Below are positions 50,083 to 60,209 of a stretch of 64,000 nt of DNA, one piece after another. The DNA is taken from the NCBI GenBank assembly GCA_038249055.1, contig JBBRWS010000002.1:14118-78117 (forward strand), written 5' to 3'. Each line of letters opens with the position of its first letter. Within the stretch, counting starts at the first letter, position 1. A model generated the notes under the pieces. The model searched no databases. It worked only from the letters and a program-made list of their open reading frames with translations, and was not told the origin of the DNA. The stretch is from Minisyncoccia bacterium. GTDB taxonomy: Bacteria; Patescibacteriota; Minisyncoccia; Phycocordibacterales; UBA9973. A program made the position numbers and the translations under genes.

Positions 50083-50739
50083 ATGGAGAATAATTCATTT
50101 CAAACATCTTTTATACCTAAGAAGCCAATAACTTCTGGAATATCAGATAAAGAGCCAAAAAGTCTTTTTACAATAATATCTACTTTTTTGTTAGTAGTTT
50201 CAATAATAATACCTACAGGATTATTTTTTTATAGATCTTATTTAGAAAAACAAAAAGTTTCCCTTGCTGCTTCTCTTCTGGTAGGCCGTGATAGTTTTGA
50301 AAAGGGAACAATAGACGAATTAAGTTTATTTGATAAACGCATAGAGGTATCAAAACAAGTTCTAAGTAAACATATTATTTTATCCCCGCTATTTACTTTA
50401 TTGGGAGAAATCACAATACCCGCAATTCAATATACAAATTTTGTACAACAAACAAATGATAAAGGTTTTTCTGTTAGCATAGAAGGTTTAGCCCGTGATT
50501 ATAAATCTATTGCAATTCAATCAAATGTATTCAGTAGTGCCAAGGGTAACTTTTTAAAAAATGTTTTATTTTATAATCTGACAAAAGATAAAAATAATAA
50601 TATTAGTTTTAATCTTAAATTTGAAATAGATCCAAGTCTTCTTTCTTATCAAAATAGTATTACACCAAATAGTCTCCAAGTTTTAAATAATTCCGCAACA
50701 AATCCATTATCACTAGGGTTAAATAATAAAACACAATAA
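50083..50739 (+). CDS. PilN-like protein
   Basis: Single TM, coiled coil; position after pilM. Confidence 0.7.
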   Translation: MENNSFQTSFIPKKPITSGISDKEPKSLFTIISTFLLVVSIIIPTGLFFYRSYLEKQKVSLAASLLVGRDSFEKGTIDELSLFDKRIEVSKQVLSKHIILSPLFTLLGEITIPAIQYTNFVQQTNDKGFSVSIEGLARDYKSIAIQSNVFSSAKGNFLKNVLFYNLTKDKNNNISFNLKFEIDPSLLSYQNSITPNSLQVLNNSATNPLSLGLNNKTQ

Positions 50740-50742
50740 TTT

Positions 50743-51339
50743 ATGAGATTAATCTTTTCAATTTCATTCATAATAATATCAGTAGCTTTATTTTTTGTCT
50801 TTACAGACCCTATTTATGGTGATGTAAGAAAGTTAAATACAGAAGTATCCACTTATAATACAGCTCTAAGTAATTCAACTGAATTACAAAAAACCAGAGA
50901 TACTCTAGTAAATGTATATAAAAACGTAACAAAAGAAGACAAGGATAACTTAGCTCATTTTTTGCCTACTACTATTGGGAATATTGAATTAATCCTTGAA
51001 ATAGAAAAAATTGCCAATTTATATGGTATGCCTATCAAAGATATCAAATTTGAAACTAAAAGCTTAGAGCAAGGTATAGTAAACAAAGACAATATTGTTG
51101 TTGCGGAAAAAGATCCATCTGATTATTTACCATATGGTGTTTTTCCTTTAGAATTTGTGATAGAAGGAAGATATGATACTTTTGTAACTTTTTTGAAAGA
51201 TTTAGAGCATAACCTACGTTTGGTTGATGTAAAATCTATTTCTTTTTCAGTTCCTCCTCCAACAGCGGGTGGTGCAAATACAACAAACCCAAATATATAC
51301 ACCTTCACATTAAAAATTGAGATTTATTGGCTAAAATAA
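50743..51339 (+). CDS. pilO: PilO-like protein
   Basis: GRYDTFVTFLKDLEHNLRLVDVKSI. Confidence 0.8.
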   Translation: MRLIFSISFIIISVALFFVFTDPIYGDVRKLNTEVSTYNTALSNSTELQKTRDTLVNVYKNVTKEDKDNLAHFLPTTIGNIELILEIEKIANLYGMPIKDIKFETKSLEQGIVNKDNIVVAEKDPSDYLPYGVFPLEFVIEGRYDTFVTFLKDLEHNLRLVDVKSISFSVPPPTAGGANTTNPNIYTFTLKIEIYWLK

Positions 51340-51340
51340 T

Positions 51341-52006
51341 ATGAAAAAAAAATATAACAAATTCTTAATAGTGTCCACAGTATTTCTTTTTATAGGAGGT
51401 GTATATTTATATTCATCAAACGATTTAATTTCTGGAGATATTGTTCCTGTAGCTTTTGGTAGCTCTTTAGAATCATCTGTTTTAGCTGAATCAGCTTTAG
51501 TTTCATCACCTGTAATGGCGGAAGAGGTTAATTCTGACATATCTTTTCTTGCAACTTTAGTTTCTCTTAAAAATATTAAAATGGATACATCTATTTTTAA
51601 TTTAGACACATTTAAGGCACTTAAAAATAATGCTGTTCAAATAGAATTAGTTCCAAGTAAACCAGGAAGAGTCAATCCGTTTGCCCCAATAACTGTAACC
51701 GAATCAGTTGGGGTTAGTGCAGCTCCCGTTGTTGCTACAAACCAACCAACTGAAGTTACAGACAAAACAGCTATATTTAATGGAACAGTTAATACGGATA
51801 GTGTAGTTACTGATACCTATTTTGAATATGGAATAAGTGCACAAGGAGTAAATAATAAAATAGAAATAGCAAAACTTTCACTTGTTGGGAATTTTGTTAA
51901 GAATATTGTAGGGTTAACTCCCCAAACAACTTATTTTTATAAAGCATGCGCAAGGATTAATAATATAGCAAGTTGTGGAGATGTAGTTTCGTTTACTACA
52001 AAATAA
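51341..52006 (+). CDS. pilus-associated protein with C-terminal FN3-like domain
   Basis: GRVNPF motif; GLTPQTTYFYKACA. Confidence 0.7.
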   Translation: MKKKYNKFLIVSTVFLFIGGVYLYSSNDLISGDIVPVAFGSSLESSVLAESALVSSPVMAEEVNSDISFLATLVSLKNIKMDTSIFNLDTFKALKNNAVQIELVPSKPGRVNPFAPITVTESVGVSAAPVVATNQPTEVTDKTAIFNGTVNTDSVVTDTYFEYGISAQGVNNKIEIAKLSLVGNFVKNIVGLTPQTTYFYKACARINNIASCGDVVSFTTK

Positions 52007-52010
52007 ACCT

Positions 52011-53750
52011 ATGGTACTTTTAGAAGAGCTTATAAAACGTGGACTTCTTAAAGAAGAGCAGGTATCTAATGTTACAAAGGTTGCTGAGGAAAAATATAAT
52101 GGCAACATAGATGAGGCCTTACTCGACTTTAATCTAGATGAAGAAAAAATACTTGAGATAAAGGGTGAAATTTTTGGTATTCCAATCAAAATTGTTGACC
52201 CTAAAACTGTGCCAGTTTCAGTTCTTCAGTTAATACCTATTGATGCTGCTAAAATATATCACTTTGTTCCTTTAGATTTAACAGACAGTTTTCTTGAAGT
52301 TGGAATAGTTGATCCGGACAATATTCAGGCAGTAGATGCTCTTACTTTTATTACAGCCAAATTAAATAAACCATTTAAGTTATTTTTAATCACTACTACC
52401 ACCTATAATAAACTAGTAGAAAGATATATAGGGGATACTAGTCAAGAAGTTGATCAAGCTTTAAATGAGCTCGATACTGAAATTGCTGGAGCAACGGATG
52501 GAGGTGTAACTATTGAATCAAGTACTAAAACATCAGATAGTCTCAAGCCAGGAGAAGAAGAAAAAATTGTGGAAGATGCCCCTATTATTAAAATAGTGGC
52601 TGTTATTCTTCGTAGTGCTACAGAAGGATTCGCTTCCGATATACACATTGAAAATACTGGAGATAAAGTCAAAGTCCGTTTTCGTGTTGATGGAATTCTG
52701 CATACATCACTTTTCTTGCCTATCAGTGTTTATAATGGAGTAGTGGCTCGTATTAAAATTCTTTCCAAGCTTAGATTAGATGAAAAACGTAAACCACAAG
52801 ATGGAGGTTTTTCTGCAAAGATTGATAATCGTAAAATAGACTTTCGTGTTTCTACAATGCCTGCTTATTTTGGAGAGAAAGTCGTTATGCGTATTTTGGA
52901 TTCCCAAAAAGGTATTCATAAAATAGATGACATCGGTTTGTCAGATGAGAATTTAGCTCTTATCAGAGAAGCCCTAGCTCGCCCTTATGGTTTGATATTA
53001 ATGACGGGTCCTACAGGTTCCGGTAAAACGACTTCCTTGTATTCTATGTTGGGTGAACTCAACAAAGAAGATAAAAATATTGTTTCACTTGAAGATCCTG
53101 TTGAATACAAGATTGATGGAGTAAATCAATCTCAGGTAATGCCAGAAATCGGATACACTTTTGCTTCAGGATTACGCTCCATACTTCGTCAGGACCCAAA
53201 TATTATTTTGGTGGGAGAAATCCGTGATAAAGAAACAGCGGAACTAGCAATTCAAGCCGCCCTTACTGGTCACTTGGTTTTATCTACTCTCCACACAAAC
53301 AATGCCATCGGCGCTATTCCACGTTTAATAGATATGGGAATAGACCCTTATCTTATAGCGCCTACTCTTATTCTTTGTATGGCCCAACGTTTGGCTCGTA
53401 GAATTCATCCAAATTCTAAACACGAAATTCCTATTGATGAGTCAACTATGCAAATGTTTAATAAACAATTTGCCGATTTACCAGAACCATATAAATCCAG
53501 ATTAAATTTAGGAAAAACCCTCTATGAAGCAGTTCCTTCTGCGGAAAGTGCCAATGGTCTAAGTGGACGTATTGCTTTGTTTGAAATGTTTAAGATAGAT
53601 AAAGAAATGCAGGGAATAATTTTGAAAGATCCTGAAGAGATAACTATTTACAATCATGCACGTTCAAAAGGTATGCTCACACTTAAAGAAGACGCAATTA
53701 TAAAAAGCATAAGAGGAGATATCCCTATACAAGAAGTTTATAATACTTAA
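52011..53750 (+). CDS. pilB: type IV pilus extension ATPase PilB/GspE
   Basis: ASDIHIE, GPTGSGKTT, LRQDPNIILVGEIRD, TGHLVLSTLHTN. Confidence 0.95.
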   Translation: MVLLEELIKRGLLKEEQVSNVTKVAEEKYNGNIDEALLDFNLDEEKILEIKGEIFGIPIKIVDPKTVPVSVLQLIPIDAAKIYHFVPLDLTDSFLEVGIVDPDNIQAVDALTFITAKLNKPFKLFLITTTTYNKLVERYIGDTSQEVDQALNELDTEIAGATDGGVTIESSTKTSDSLKPGEEEKIVEDAPIIKIVAVILRSATEGFASDIHIENTGDKVKVRFRVDGILHTSLFLPISVYNGVVARIKILSKLRLDEKRKPQDGGFSAKIDNRKIDFRVSTMPAYFGEKVVMRILDSQKGIHKIDDIGLSDENLALIREALARPYGLILMTGPTGSGKTTSLYSMLGELNKEDKNIVSLEDPVEYKIDGVNQSQVMPEIGYTFASGLRSILRQDPNIILVGEIRDKETAELAIQAALTGHLVLSTLHTNNAIGAIPRLIDMGIDPYLIAPTLILCMAQRLARRIHPNSKHEIPIDESTMQMFNKQFADLPEPYKSRLNLGKTLYEAVPSAESANGLSGRIALFEMFKIDKEMQGIILKDPEEITIYNHARSKGMLTLKEDAIIKSIRGDIPIQEVYNT

Positions 53751-53800
53751 TTATAAATTAGCTGTAGTAAAACATTTACAATTGTATTATATCGATTACG

Positions 53801-53959
53801 ATAGAACAACGGCTCTCGGACGTCATGCAAACAAATTTATATTTATTTGCATACGCTCCTCGTTTGTTGTTATGTAGGGTACTATAGAACAACGGCATTC
53901 GGACATGATGCAAATAAATTGATATTTATTTGCAAATGCTCCTCACTTGTTGTTATAAT
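53801..53959 (+). repeat. tandem 83-bp hairpin repeat ending in an extended -10 box (family D)
   Basis: ATAGAACAACGGC..CGGAC..ATGCAAA..TTTGCA..GCTCCTC..TTGTTGTTAT x2. Confidence 0.85.
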
Positions 53960-53966
53960 AAAAGAT

Positions 53967-54362
53967 ATGGAAACAGATCTAAAAAATATTTTAATAATAG
54001 ATGATGACAGTTTTTTGCTTGATATGTATGCATTGAAATTTATTAAATCAAATTTTAATGTTTCTACTGCTCTTGGTTCAGAAATAGCGCTAGAAAAATT
54101 ACGAGGTGGACTTAAGCCTGAAATTATTCTTCTAGATATTATGATGCCAGTAATGGATGGATTTGAATTATTAGAAAAAATTAAAGAAGAAGACTTAGCT
54201 CCAAATGCAGTAGTTATTTTTCTTTCCAATCGAGGCCAACCATCAGATGTAACTCGAGCAGAAGAACTCGGTGCTTCCGGTTATATTGTAAAAGCATCAT
54301 GTATTCCTTCCGAAGTCATTGAAAAAGTAATTAAAATAGTTAATAGCAAAAAGAAACAATAA
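53967..54362 (+). CDS. single-domain response regulator (receiver)
   Basis: LIIDDD, LLDIMMPVMDG, LSN, GASGYIVK; start ATG 53967. Confidence 0.92.
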   Translation: METDLKNILIIDDDSFLLDMYALKFIKSNFNVSTALGSEIALEKLRGGLKPEIILLDIMMPVMDGFELLEKIKEEDLAPNAVVIFLSNRGQPSDVTRAEELGASGYIVKASCIPSEVIEKVIKIVNSKKKQ

Positions 54363-54491
54363 TACCTGTCCCGTTAGAAGCCGCGATTGTAATTTATATA
54401 ATAAAAATAACATGAAATCAAACATTGAAAATATTAACAGTTTAACATGTCAGATACGCGAGTTAATCGCGATCTGCTTCTAATCGGGATG
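54361..54491 (+). repeat. start-codon inverted-repeat element (copy at pilT)
   Basis: AATACCTGTCCCGTTAGAAGCCGCGATT ... AATCGCGATCTGCTTCTAATCGGG-ATG. Confidence 0.88.
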
Positions 54492-55550
54492 GATTATAAA
54501 AATTTTATTCATGGATTAATTGAAAATCTAATAGACCAAGATGGGTCTGATTTACATTTGGGAGTAGGTAGAAAGCCCGCCATAAGAATAAACGGACAGC
54601 TTATATTTCTTGTAAATAATAATGTTTTAACAGATGTTGATATGACAGGAATTTTGACTGCGCTTATTGGCCCTGATAGATATAAAAAGTTTTTAGAATC
54701 TAAGAACTCAGATTTTTCTAGTAACCTAAATGATGGCAAAGTTCAGTTGCGTGGAAATGCTTTTTTTCAACGTGGAATGATTTGTATTGCTATACGTTTA
54801 GTTCCAAAACCAAAATCATTTGAGACCTTAAATTTACCACCAATTCTTAAAGATTTTTCTAGAAAAAAACAAGGATTTTTCCTTGTAGTAGGACCAGTGG
54901 GTCAAGGTAAATCCACAACTCTATCTACAATGATAAATATGATAAATTCTGAGACAGCTGCTCATATTATGACGATAGAAGACCCAATAGAATTTATATA
55001 TCAACCAGATAGGTCTATTATAGACCAGAGAGAAATAGGCGTTGACACTGACGATTTTGTCAAAGCTCTAAAATCAGCTTTTCGTGAAGATGCCAATGTT
55101 TTGCTTATTGGAGAAATGCGTGATGCTGATACTATTTCTGCTGCAGTTACAGCTGCCGAGACCGGTCATTTGGTATTATCTACTCTACATACAAACAATG
55201 CCTCTCAAACTATCGACCGTATTATTGATTCATTTGAAGCAAATCAACAAGGACAAATTCGCTTGCAACTAGCATCAAGTTTGCTCGGTATTTTTTCACA
55301 GCGTTTAATTCCTCGTATTTCTGGTGGACGTATCCCAGCATATGAACTTCTTATTAATAATAAAGCTATAGCAAACCTTATTAGAGAGAAGAGAACTCAC
55401 GAGATTGATACAGTAATAGAAACTTCTTCCCATGAAGGAATGGTAGATATGAATAGATGTCTTATCGATTTAGTTCAGAGAGGGGAAATAAGCCTAGAAA
55501 CAGCTTATGAATATTCTATTAATCCTAAGGCCTTAGAGCAAATGTTTTAA
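54489..55550 (+). CDS. pilT: type IV pilus retraction ATPase PilT
   Basis: GSDLHL, GPVGQGKSTT, TIEDPIE, AAETGHLVLSTLHT, IANLIRE; start ATG 54489. Confidence 0.95.
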   Translation: MDYKNFIHGLIENLIDQDGSDLHLGVGRKPAIRINGQLIFLVNNNVLTDVDMTGILTALIGPDRYKKFLESKNSDFSSNLNDGKVQLRGNAFFQRGMICIAIRLVPKPKSFETLNLPPILKDFSRKKQGFFLVVGPVGQGKSTTLSTMINMINSETAAHIMTIEDPIEFIYQPDRSIIDQREIGVDTDDFVKALKSAFREDANVLLIGEMRDADTISAAVTAAETGHLVLSTLHTNNASQTIDRIIDSFEANQQGQIRLQLASSLLGIFSQRLIPRISGGRIPAYELLINNKAIANLIREKRTHEIDTVIETSSHEGMVDMNRCLIDLVQRGEISLETAYEYSINPKALEQMF

Positions 55551-55553
55551 TAT

Positions 55554-56765
55554 ATGATATTTAATTATGAAGCAATAACAAGTACTGGAGAGAAGAAAGT
55601 TGGAACTATTGAAACAACTTCCAAGGATTTAGCCATTGCCGCAATTCAGCGTCGAGGTTTAATCTTGTCTTCTATTGGCGAAACTGTTCCCAAAAAGAGT
55701 ATTTTTAGTATGTCATTCTTTAATACTGGTAGTGTCCCCATGAAGGATGTTGTGATTATGTCACGACAAATGTCCACACTCTTTGAATCACAAGTAGCAG
55801 CTTTGAAAGCATTCAATTTGCTTGCCGAAAATACAGAGAATAAAGAATTGGCTAGAATTCTAAACGAAGTTTCTGAAGATATTAAATCCGGAGTATATAT
55901 TTCTGTAGCTTTATCAAAACATCCAAAAGTATTTTCTGACTTTTATGTAAATATGGTCAAGTCAGGGGAAGAGTCAGGTAAACTCACTCAAACATTTTCT
56001 TATCTAGCCGATTATCTTGATCGTCAGTATCAGCTTTCTTCCAAAACCAAAAATGCCCTCATTTATCCAGGGTTCGTTATTGGAGTTTTTCTTATTGTTA
56101 TGACTCTGATGTTTGTTTTTATTATTCCTAAACTTACAATGATTATTAAAGAGTCTGGAATGGAAGTACCATTTTTCACAAAAATAATAATGACAGTAAG
56201 TGACATTCTTATTAACTACGGGGTTTTCTTGCTAATAGCAATAGTATTATTTATTATTTATTTAGCTCGATACTCTAGATCTGTTTCAGGAAAATTATAT
56301 TTTGATAGACTAAAAATTTCACTTCCTATTTTTAAAAACATTTATTCAAAACTGTACCTTGCTCGTATAGCTGATAACATGGACACAATGCTTTCATCAA
56401 GTATTCCTATTGTTCGTGCAATTGAGCTTACGAGTGCTGTTACTGGTAATCTTGTTTATGAACATATATTAAAAGATGTTGCAGAATCAGTAAAATCAGG
56501 AAGTTCTTTGTCTGAATCATTTTCCAAACACAAAGAAATCCCAACAATAATGTCAGGTATGATTCGTGTCGGAGAGGAGACAGGTTCTATCGGGAATATT
56601 TTAAAAACCCTCGGACACTTCTATACTCGCGAAGTGAATGAAGCAGTTGATACTATGGTGAGTTTGATTGAGCCTATCATGATTATTATGTTAGGTTTAG
56701 GTGTTGGAATTTTGTTGGCATCAATCTTAATGCCAATCTACAACATCGCAGGTGGTATCGGTTAA
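55554..56765 (+). CDS. pilC: type IV pilus platform protein PilC/GspF
   Basis: GEESGKL, ALIYP, GEETG, LIEP...PIY. Confidence 0.95.
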   Translation: MIFNYEAITSTGEKKVGTIETTSKDLAIAAIQRRGLILSSIGETVPKKSIFSMSFFNTGSVPMKDVVIMSRQMSTLFESQVAALKAFNLLAENTENKELARILNEVSEDIKSGVYISVALSKHPKVFSDFYVNMVKSGEESGKLTQTFSYLADYLDRQYQLSSKTKNALIYPGFVIGVFLIVMTLMFVFIIPKLTMIIKESGMEVPFFTKIIMTVSDILINYGVFLLIAIVLFIIYLARYSRSVSGKLYFDRLKISLPIFKNIYSKLYLARIADNMDTMLSSSIPIVRAIELTSAVTGNLVYEHILKDVAESVKSGSSLSESFSKHKEIPTIMSGMIRVGEETGSIGNILKTLGHFYTREVNEAVDTMVSLIEPIMIIMLGLGVGILLASILMPIYNIAGGIG

Positions 56766-56894
56766 AATAAAAATAGATATCCACAGCATATACTTATTAT
56801 ATTGTTTAATTGATTCTATGATATAATAACTATAGTTTTATTATTAAAAGTCGCGTCTTTCGCAAAAGACAAATTATTAACGTTAAATTTTATT

Positions 56895-57335
56895 ATGAAT
56901 AAAAATAAAGGTTTTACACTCATCGAATTGTTGGTCGTTATCGCAATCATTGGTATTTTGTCTTCAGTTGTTTTGGCTTCACTTAATACTGCTAGAAGCA
57001 AAGGAGCAGATGCCGCTATAAAGTCAAACATTAACAATGCTCGTTCACAAGCAGAAATATTTTACAGTTATAATGATACAAATAGCTATGCGGGTGTTTG
57101 CGCAGCAGAAGCATCAGCTACAAGAGGAGGTATTCTTACTATGAAGACCGGTGCAACATCTGCTGGTTCAACTGCTGTTAAATGTGGAGATATTGCTGGA
57201 GGCTGGGCTATGGAAGCATTACTAAAAGGAGATAGTACACACTATTACTGTGTTGATTCAACGGGTGCTGCTAAATCAACTGGTACCGCTTCTGCTATTG
57301 TAGATGGTGCTTCATCGACTGATGTAACTTGTTAA
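56895..57335 (+). CDS. type IV pilin (major pilin candidate 1)
   Basis: NKG|FTLIELLVVIAIIGILSSVVLASL; YCVDSTG. Confidence 0.95.
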   Translation: MNKNKGFTLIELLVVIAIIGILSSVVLASLNTARSKGADAAIKSNINNARSQAEIFYSYNDTNSYAGVCAAEASATRGGILTMKTGATSAGSTAVKCGDIAGGWAMEALLKGDSTHYYCVDSTGAAKSTGTASAIVDGASSTDVTC

Positions 57336-57389
57336 TATAAATTATCTCATGTCTCTCGAAAAGACAAATTATAAGAATTAAATATTATT

Positions 57390-57839
57390 ATGAATAAAAA
57401 TAAAGGTTTTACACTCATCGAATTGTTGGTCGTTATCGCAATCATTGGTATTTTGTCTTCAGTTGTTTTAGCTTCATTAAACTCAGCTCGTAACAAAGGA
57501 TCAGATGCTGCTATAAAATCAAACTTATCTAATCTTAGGCCACAAGCAGAAATTTATTATGACGATGCAGCAAAAGGTAATGGTACTTATGGAACAGCTG
57601 CAAATTGTAATGTAACATCTGCAGGGGTTGCTTCTGCTGGTTGTACAGGTATTCATCTTGACCTTTTAAATGGTCTTAAGGCTGCTGCTTCAGCTTCTGG
57701 AGCTACTGTTTACGCAAATAATACTACTACAGCATGGGCCGCATTTGCTACACTAAAGGCAACTGGAAATTGGTGTGTTGATTCAACTGGTGCCTCAAAA
57801 GTTTCTGCAGCAGCTGTTGCAACTGCAACTGCTTGTTAA
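57390..57839 (+). CDS. type IV pilin (candidate 2)
   Basis: Same N-terminus; WCVDSTG. Confidence 0.95.
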   Translation: MNKNKGFTLIELLVVIAIIGILSSVVLASLNSARNKGSDAAIKSNLSNLRPQAEIYYDDAAKGNGTYGTAANCNVTSAGVASAGCTGIHLDLLNGLKAAASASGATVYANNTTTAWAAFATLKATGNWCVDSTGASKVSAAAVATATAC

Positions 57840-57904
57840 TAAATATTTTTTTATTAACGAAAATATATTTTTGAAAAGACAAATTATAAGAATTAAATAT
57901 TATT

Positions 57905-58357
57905 ATGAATAAAAATAAAGGTTTTACACTTATCGAATTGTTGGTCGTTATCGCAATCATTGGTATTTTGTCTTCAGTTGTTTTAGCTTCACTTAATACT
58001 GCTCGTAATAAAGGTAATGATGCTGCGGTTAAGGCAACTCTAAATAATTTACGAGGACAAGCTGCTATTTATTTTGATGACAGCAGTGGTGCATATAGTA
58101 CTGTTACTTTTACTTTTCCTCTCACAGCTAGTTGTCTCACAGCAAATAGTTTCTTTGCTAATGGAACAGTTGTAAATGCTTTAGCAGCTGTAACTACAGC
58201 TGGAGGTACTCCGGTTTGTGTGCTTGGAGGAACTACTGGTCAAAAAGCTGATAAATGGGCAATATCTGTACCATTAAAAGGTGGAGGTAACTGGTGTGTT
58301 GATTCAGCGGGTTCTTCAAAATCTGGACTAACTGCTGCAACGGGTGTTTGTGCATAA
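57905..58357 (+). CDS. type IV pilin (candidate 3)
   Basis: Same N-terminus; WCVDSAG; terminator at about 58375-58410. Confidence 0.95.
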   Translation: MNKNKGFTLIELLVVIAIIGILSSVVLASLNTARNKGNDAAVKATLNNLRGQAAIYFDDSSGAYSTVTFTFPLTASCLTANSFFANGTVVNALAAVTTAGGTPVCVLGGTTGQKADKWAISVPLKGGGNWCVDSAGSSKSGLTAATGVCA

Positions 58358-58459
58358 TTAAATTTTTATAGTTTAAACAAAAAACTACCCCATGGGTAGT
58401 TTTTTGTTTTTTTTATTAAATTTTATGGGTTTTTTATTATAGATTAATATAATTGTAAT

Positions 58460-58607
58460 AGTGCTAAAAGACTAAGTAAATAAAATTAATTCATTTATTA
58501 CTGCTCTTCACTTATTGTTATGTCGGGTACGATATAACAACAATCCTAGGGCACTAAAAAAATAAAAAATATTCAATTTGCTTGTACTCCTTGTTTGTTG
58601 TTATAAT
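58460..58607 (+). repeat. degenerate family D tandem repeat upstream of pilD
   Basis: GCTCTTCACTTATTGTTATGTCGGGTACGATATAACAAC ... CTCCTTGTTTGTTGTTATAAT. Confidence 0.7.
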
Positions 58608-58613
58608 ACACTT

Positions 58614-59426
58614 ATGTACATACTAATATTTATTTTTATTTTTTTGATGGGGACGATTATCGGAAGTTTTTTGAACGTAGTTATTTACAGATTTAATACT
58701 GGTATGACAATAGTGAAAGGGAGGTCTATTTGTATGACCTGCAACCGTAATTTGAGATGGTATGAACTTATTCCAGTATTTAGTTTTCTTATTCAGTCAG
58801 GTAAGTGTCGTCGTTGCGCAAGTTCTATATCTCATCAGTATCCTCTTGTTGAACTTGTAACAGGAATTATCTTTGCGCTTATTGCTTATAAGTTTTTACC
58901 AATTCTTTATTTTTCTAACGCGATGTTTCTTTTCTTTATAGTTTTGTACATGTTTATTTTTTCACTATTGATAGTAATATCGGTATATGATTTACGTCAC
59001 AAAATTATTCCAGATAGATTGGTTGCTGTTTTTATTATTGTTTCTTTCCTATCTATCTTTATAAATTCTTCCCCATTTGGATCTTTGTTTGCAGTGCCAA
59101 ACTACACTGCTTTGATTGCAGGTCCTGTACTTGCTCTACCATTTGCTCTTCTTTGGTTATTTTCAAAAGGACGACTTATGGGATTAGGGGATGGCAAGTT
59201 AGTTCTTGGTATCGGATGGTTACTTGGACTCTCCTCTGGTATTGCTATGGTAATACTTTCATTTTGGATAGGTACCGTTATAAGTCTAATAGTAATGTTT
59301 TTATCTAAAAATAAAATGAGTATGAAATCAGAAATACCTTTTGCGCCATTTCTTATTGCAAGTGCACTCGTTGTTTTCTTGTTTGAGTTAGATATTTTTT
59401 CTTTAATAAATTTATTTAGTATATAA
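58614..59426 (+). CDS. pilD: prepilin peptidase PilD
   Basis: GSFLNVVIYR, RSICMTC, GKCRRC, YDL, MGLGDGKL, IPFAPF. Confidence 0.95.
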   Translation: MYILIFIFIFLMGTIIGSFLNVVIYRFNTGMTIVKGRSICMTCNRNLRWYELIPVFSFLIQSGKCRRCASSISHQYPLVELVTGIIFALIAYKFLPILYFSNAMFLFFIVLYMFIFSLLIVISVYDLRHKIIPDRLVAVFIIVSFLSIFINSSPFGSLFAVPNYTALIAGPVLALPFALLWLFSKGRLMGLGDGKLVLGIGWLLGLSSGIAMVILSFWIGTVISLIVMFLSKNKMSMKSEIPFAPFLIASALVVFLFELDIFSLINLFSI

Positions 59427-59442
59427 TTATTAAATATTTATA

Positions 59443-60135
59443 ATGTTTAAGAATTTTCATAAAAATAAATATAATGGAGGTGTAACCATGATAGAACTTC
59501 TTGTTGTTATTTTTATTTTTATGGTTATTTCAGGAATAACAATTTTTGATTATGGTAAATTTAAATCATCTCAATCAGTACAAAATGTAGCTGATGACAT
59601 TGCTTTATCTGTTCGAAAAGCTCAAGGTTATGCCATTGGTGTTCATAGTGCGACAACTGGTTCTTTTGACGTTGGTTACGGAGCCCACTTTACTTTAAAG
59701 ACTACAGCTGTTGGTAATCAGTATTCTGGGACAAATAAATCTTTTGTTTTATTCGCCGATATGGGAGATGCTTCAACTACCACACAAGATAAAATGTATA
59801 ATTATAACAATGCAACTTGTGGGACTTCTTCAATTGGAAATGAGTGTATTGAATCATTAACTATTTCGGGGACAGATAAAATAAAAGGAATGAGGTATTA
59901 TGTAAGTGGGGCTTGGGTTGATGTAACAAGTACAGTAGATGGGACTTTGGATATTGTTTTTAAACGTCCAAATCCCGAGCCTATTTTTTGCTATAAAACA
60001 ACTGTGTCAAAGACTTCTTGTGATGCGAAAGCAGGTATTTCTGCAGTAGAAATTATAATATCAAGTGGTACTGTTCCTGAAACAAACAAAACGATAACTA
60101 TTTCTAATAGTGGACAAATAAGTGTTACTAATTAA
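59443..60135 (+). CDS. minor pilin
   Basis: GG|VTMIELLVV class III signal. Confidence 0.85.
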   Translation: MFKNFHKNKYNGGVTMIELLVVIFIFMVISGITIFDYGKFKSSQSVQNVADDIALSVRKAQGYAIGVHSATTGSFDVGYGAHFTLKTTAVGNQYSGTNKSFVLFADMGDASTTTQDKMYNYNNATCGTSSIGNECIESLTISGTDKIKGMRYYVSGAWVDVTSTVDGTLDIVFKRPNPEPIFCYKTTVSKTSCDAKAGISAVEIIISSGTVPETNKTITISNSGQISVTN

Positions 60136-60209
60136 AATACCTGTCCCGTTAGAAGCCGCAATCGCAAAGTAAATAAATTATGAAAACAAGTTACACAAAA
60201 ATAAATAAA
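60136..60209 (+). repeat. 5' half of a start-codon element
   Basis: AATACCTGTCCCGTTAGAAGCCGCAATC...ATGAAAACAA.TTACACAAAAATAAATAA, matching 60781-60858. Confidence 0.8.

Noticed and set aside
56895-58357. Shufflon or DGR acting on the pilins
   Set aside because: All copies are complete and co-oriented; no recombinase, reverse transcriptase or adenine-specific TR/VR pair.
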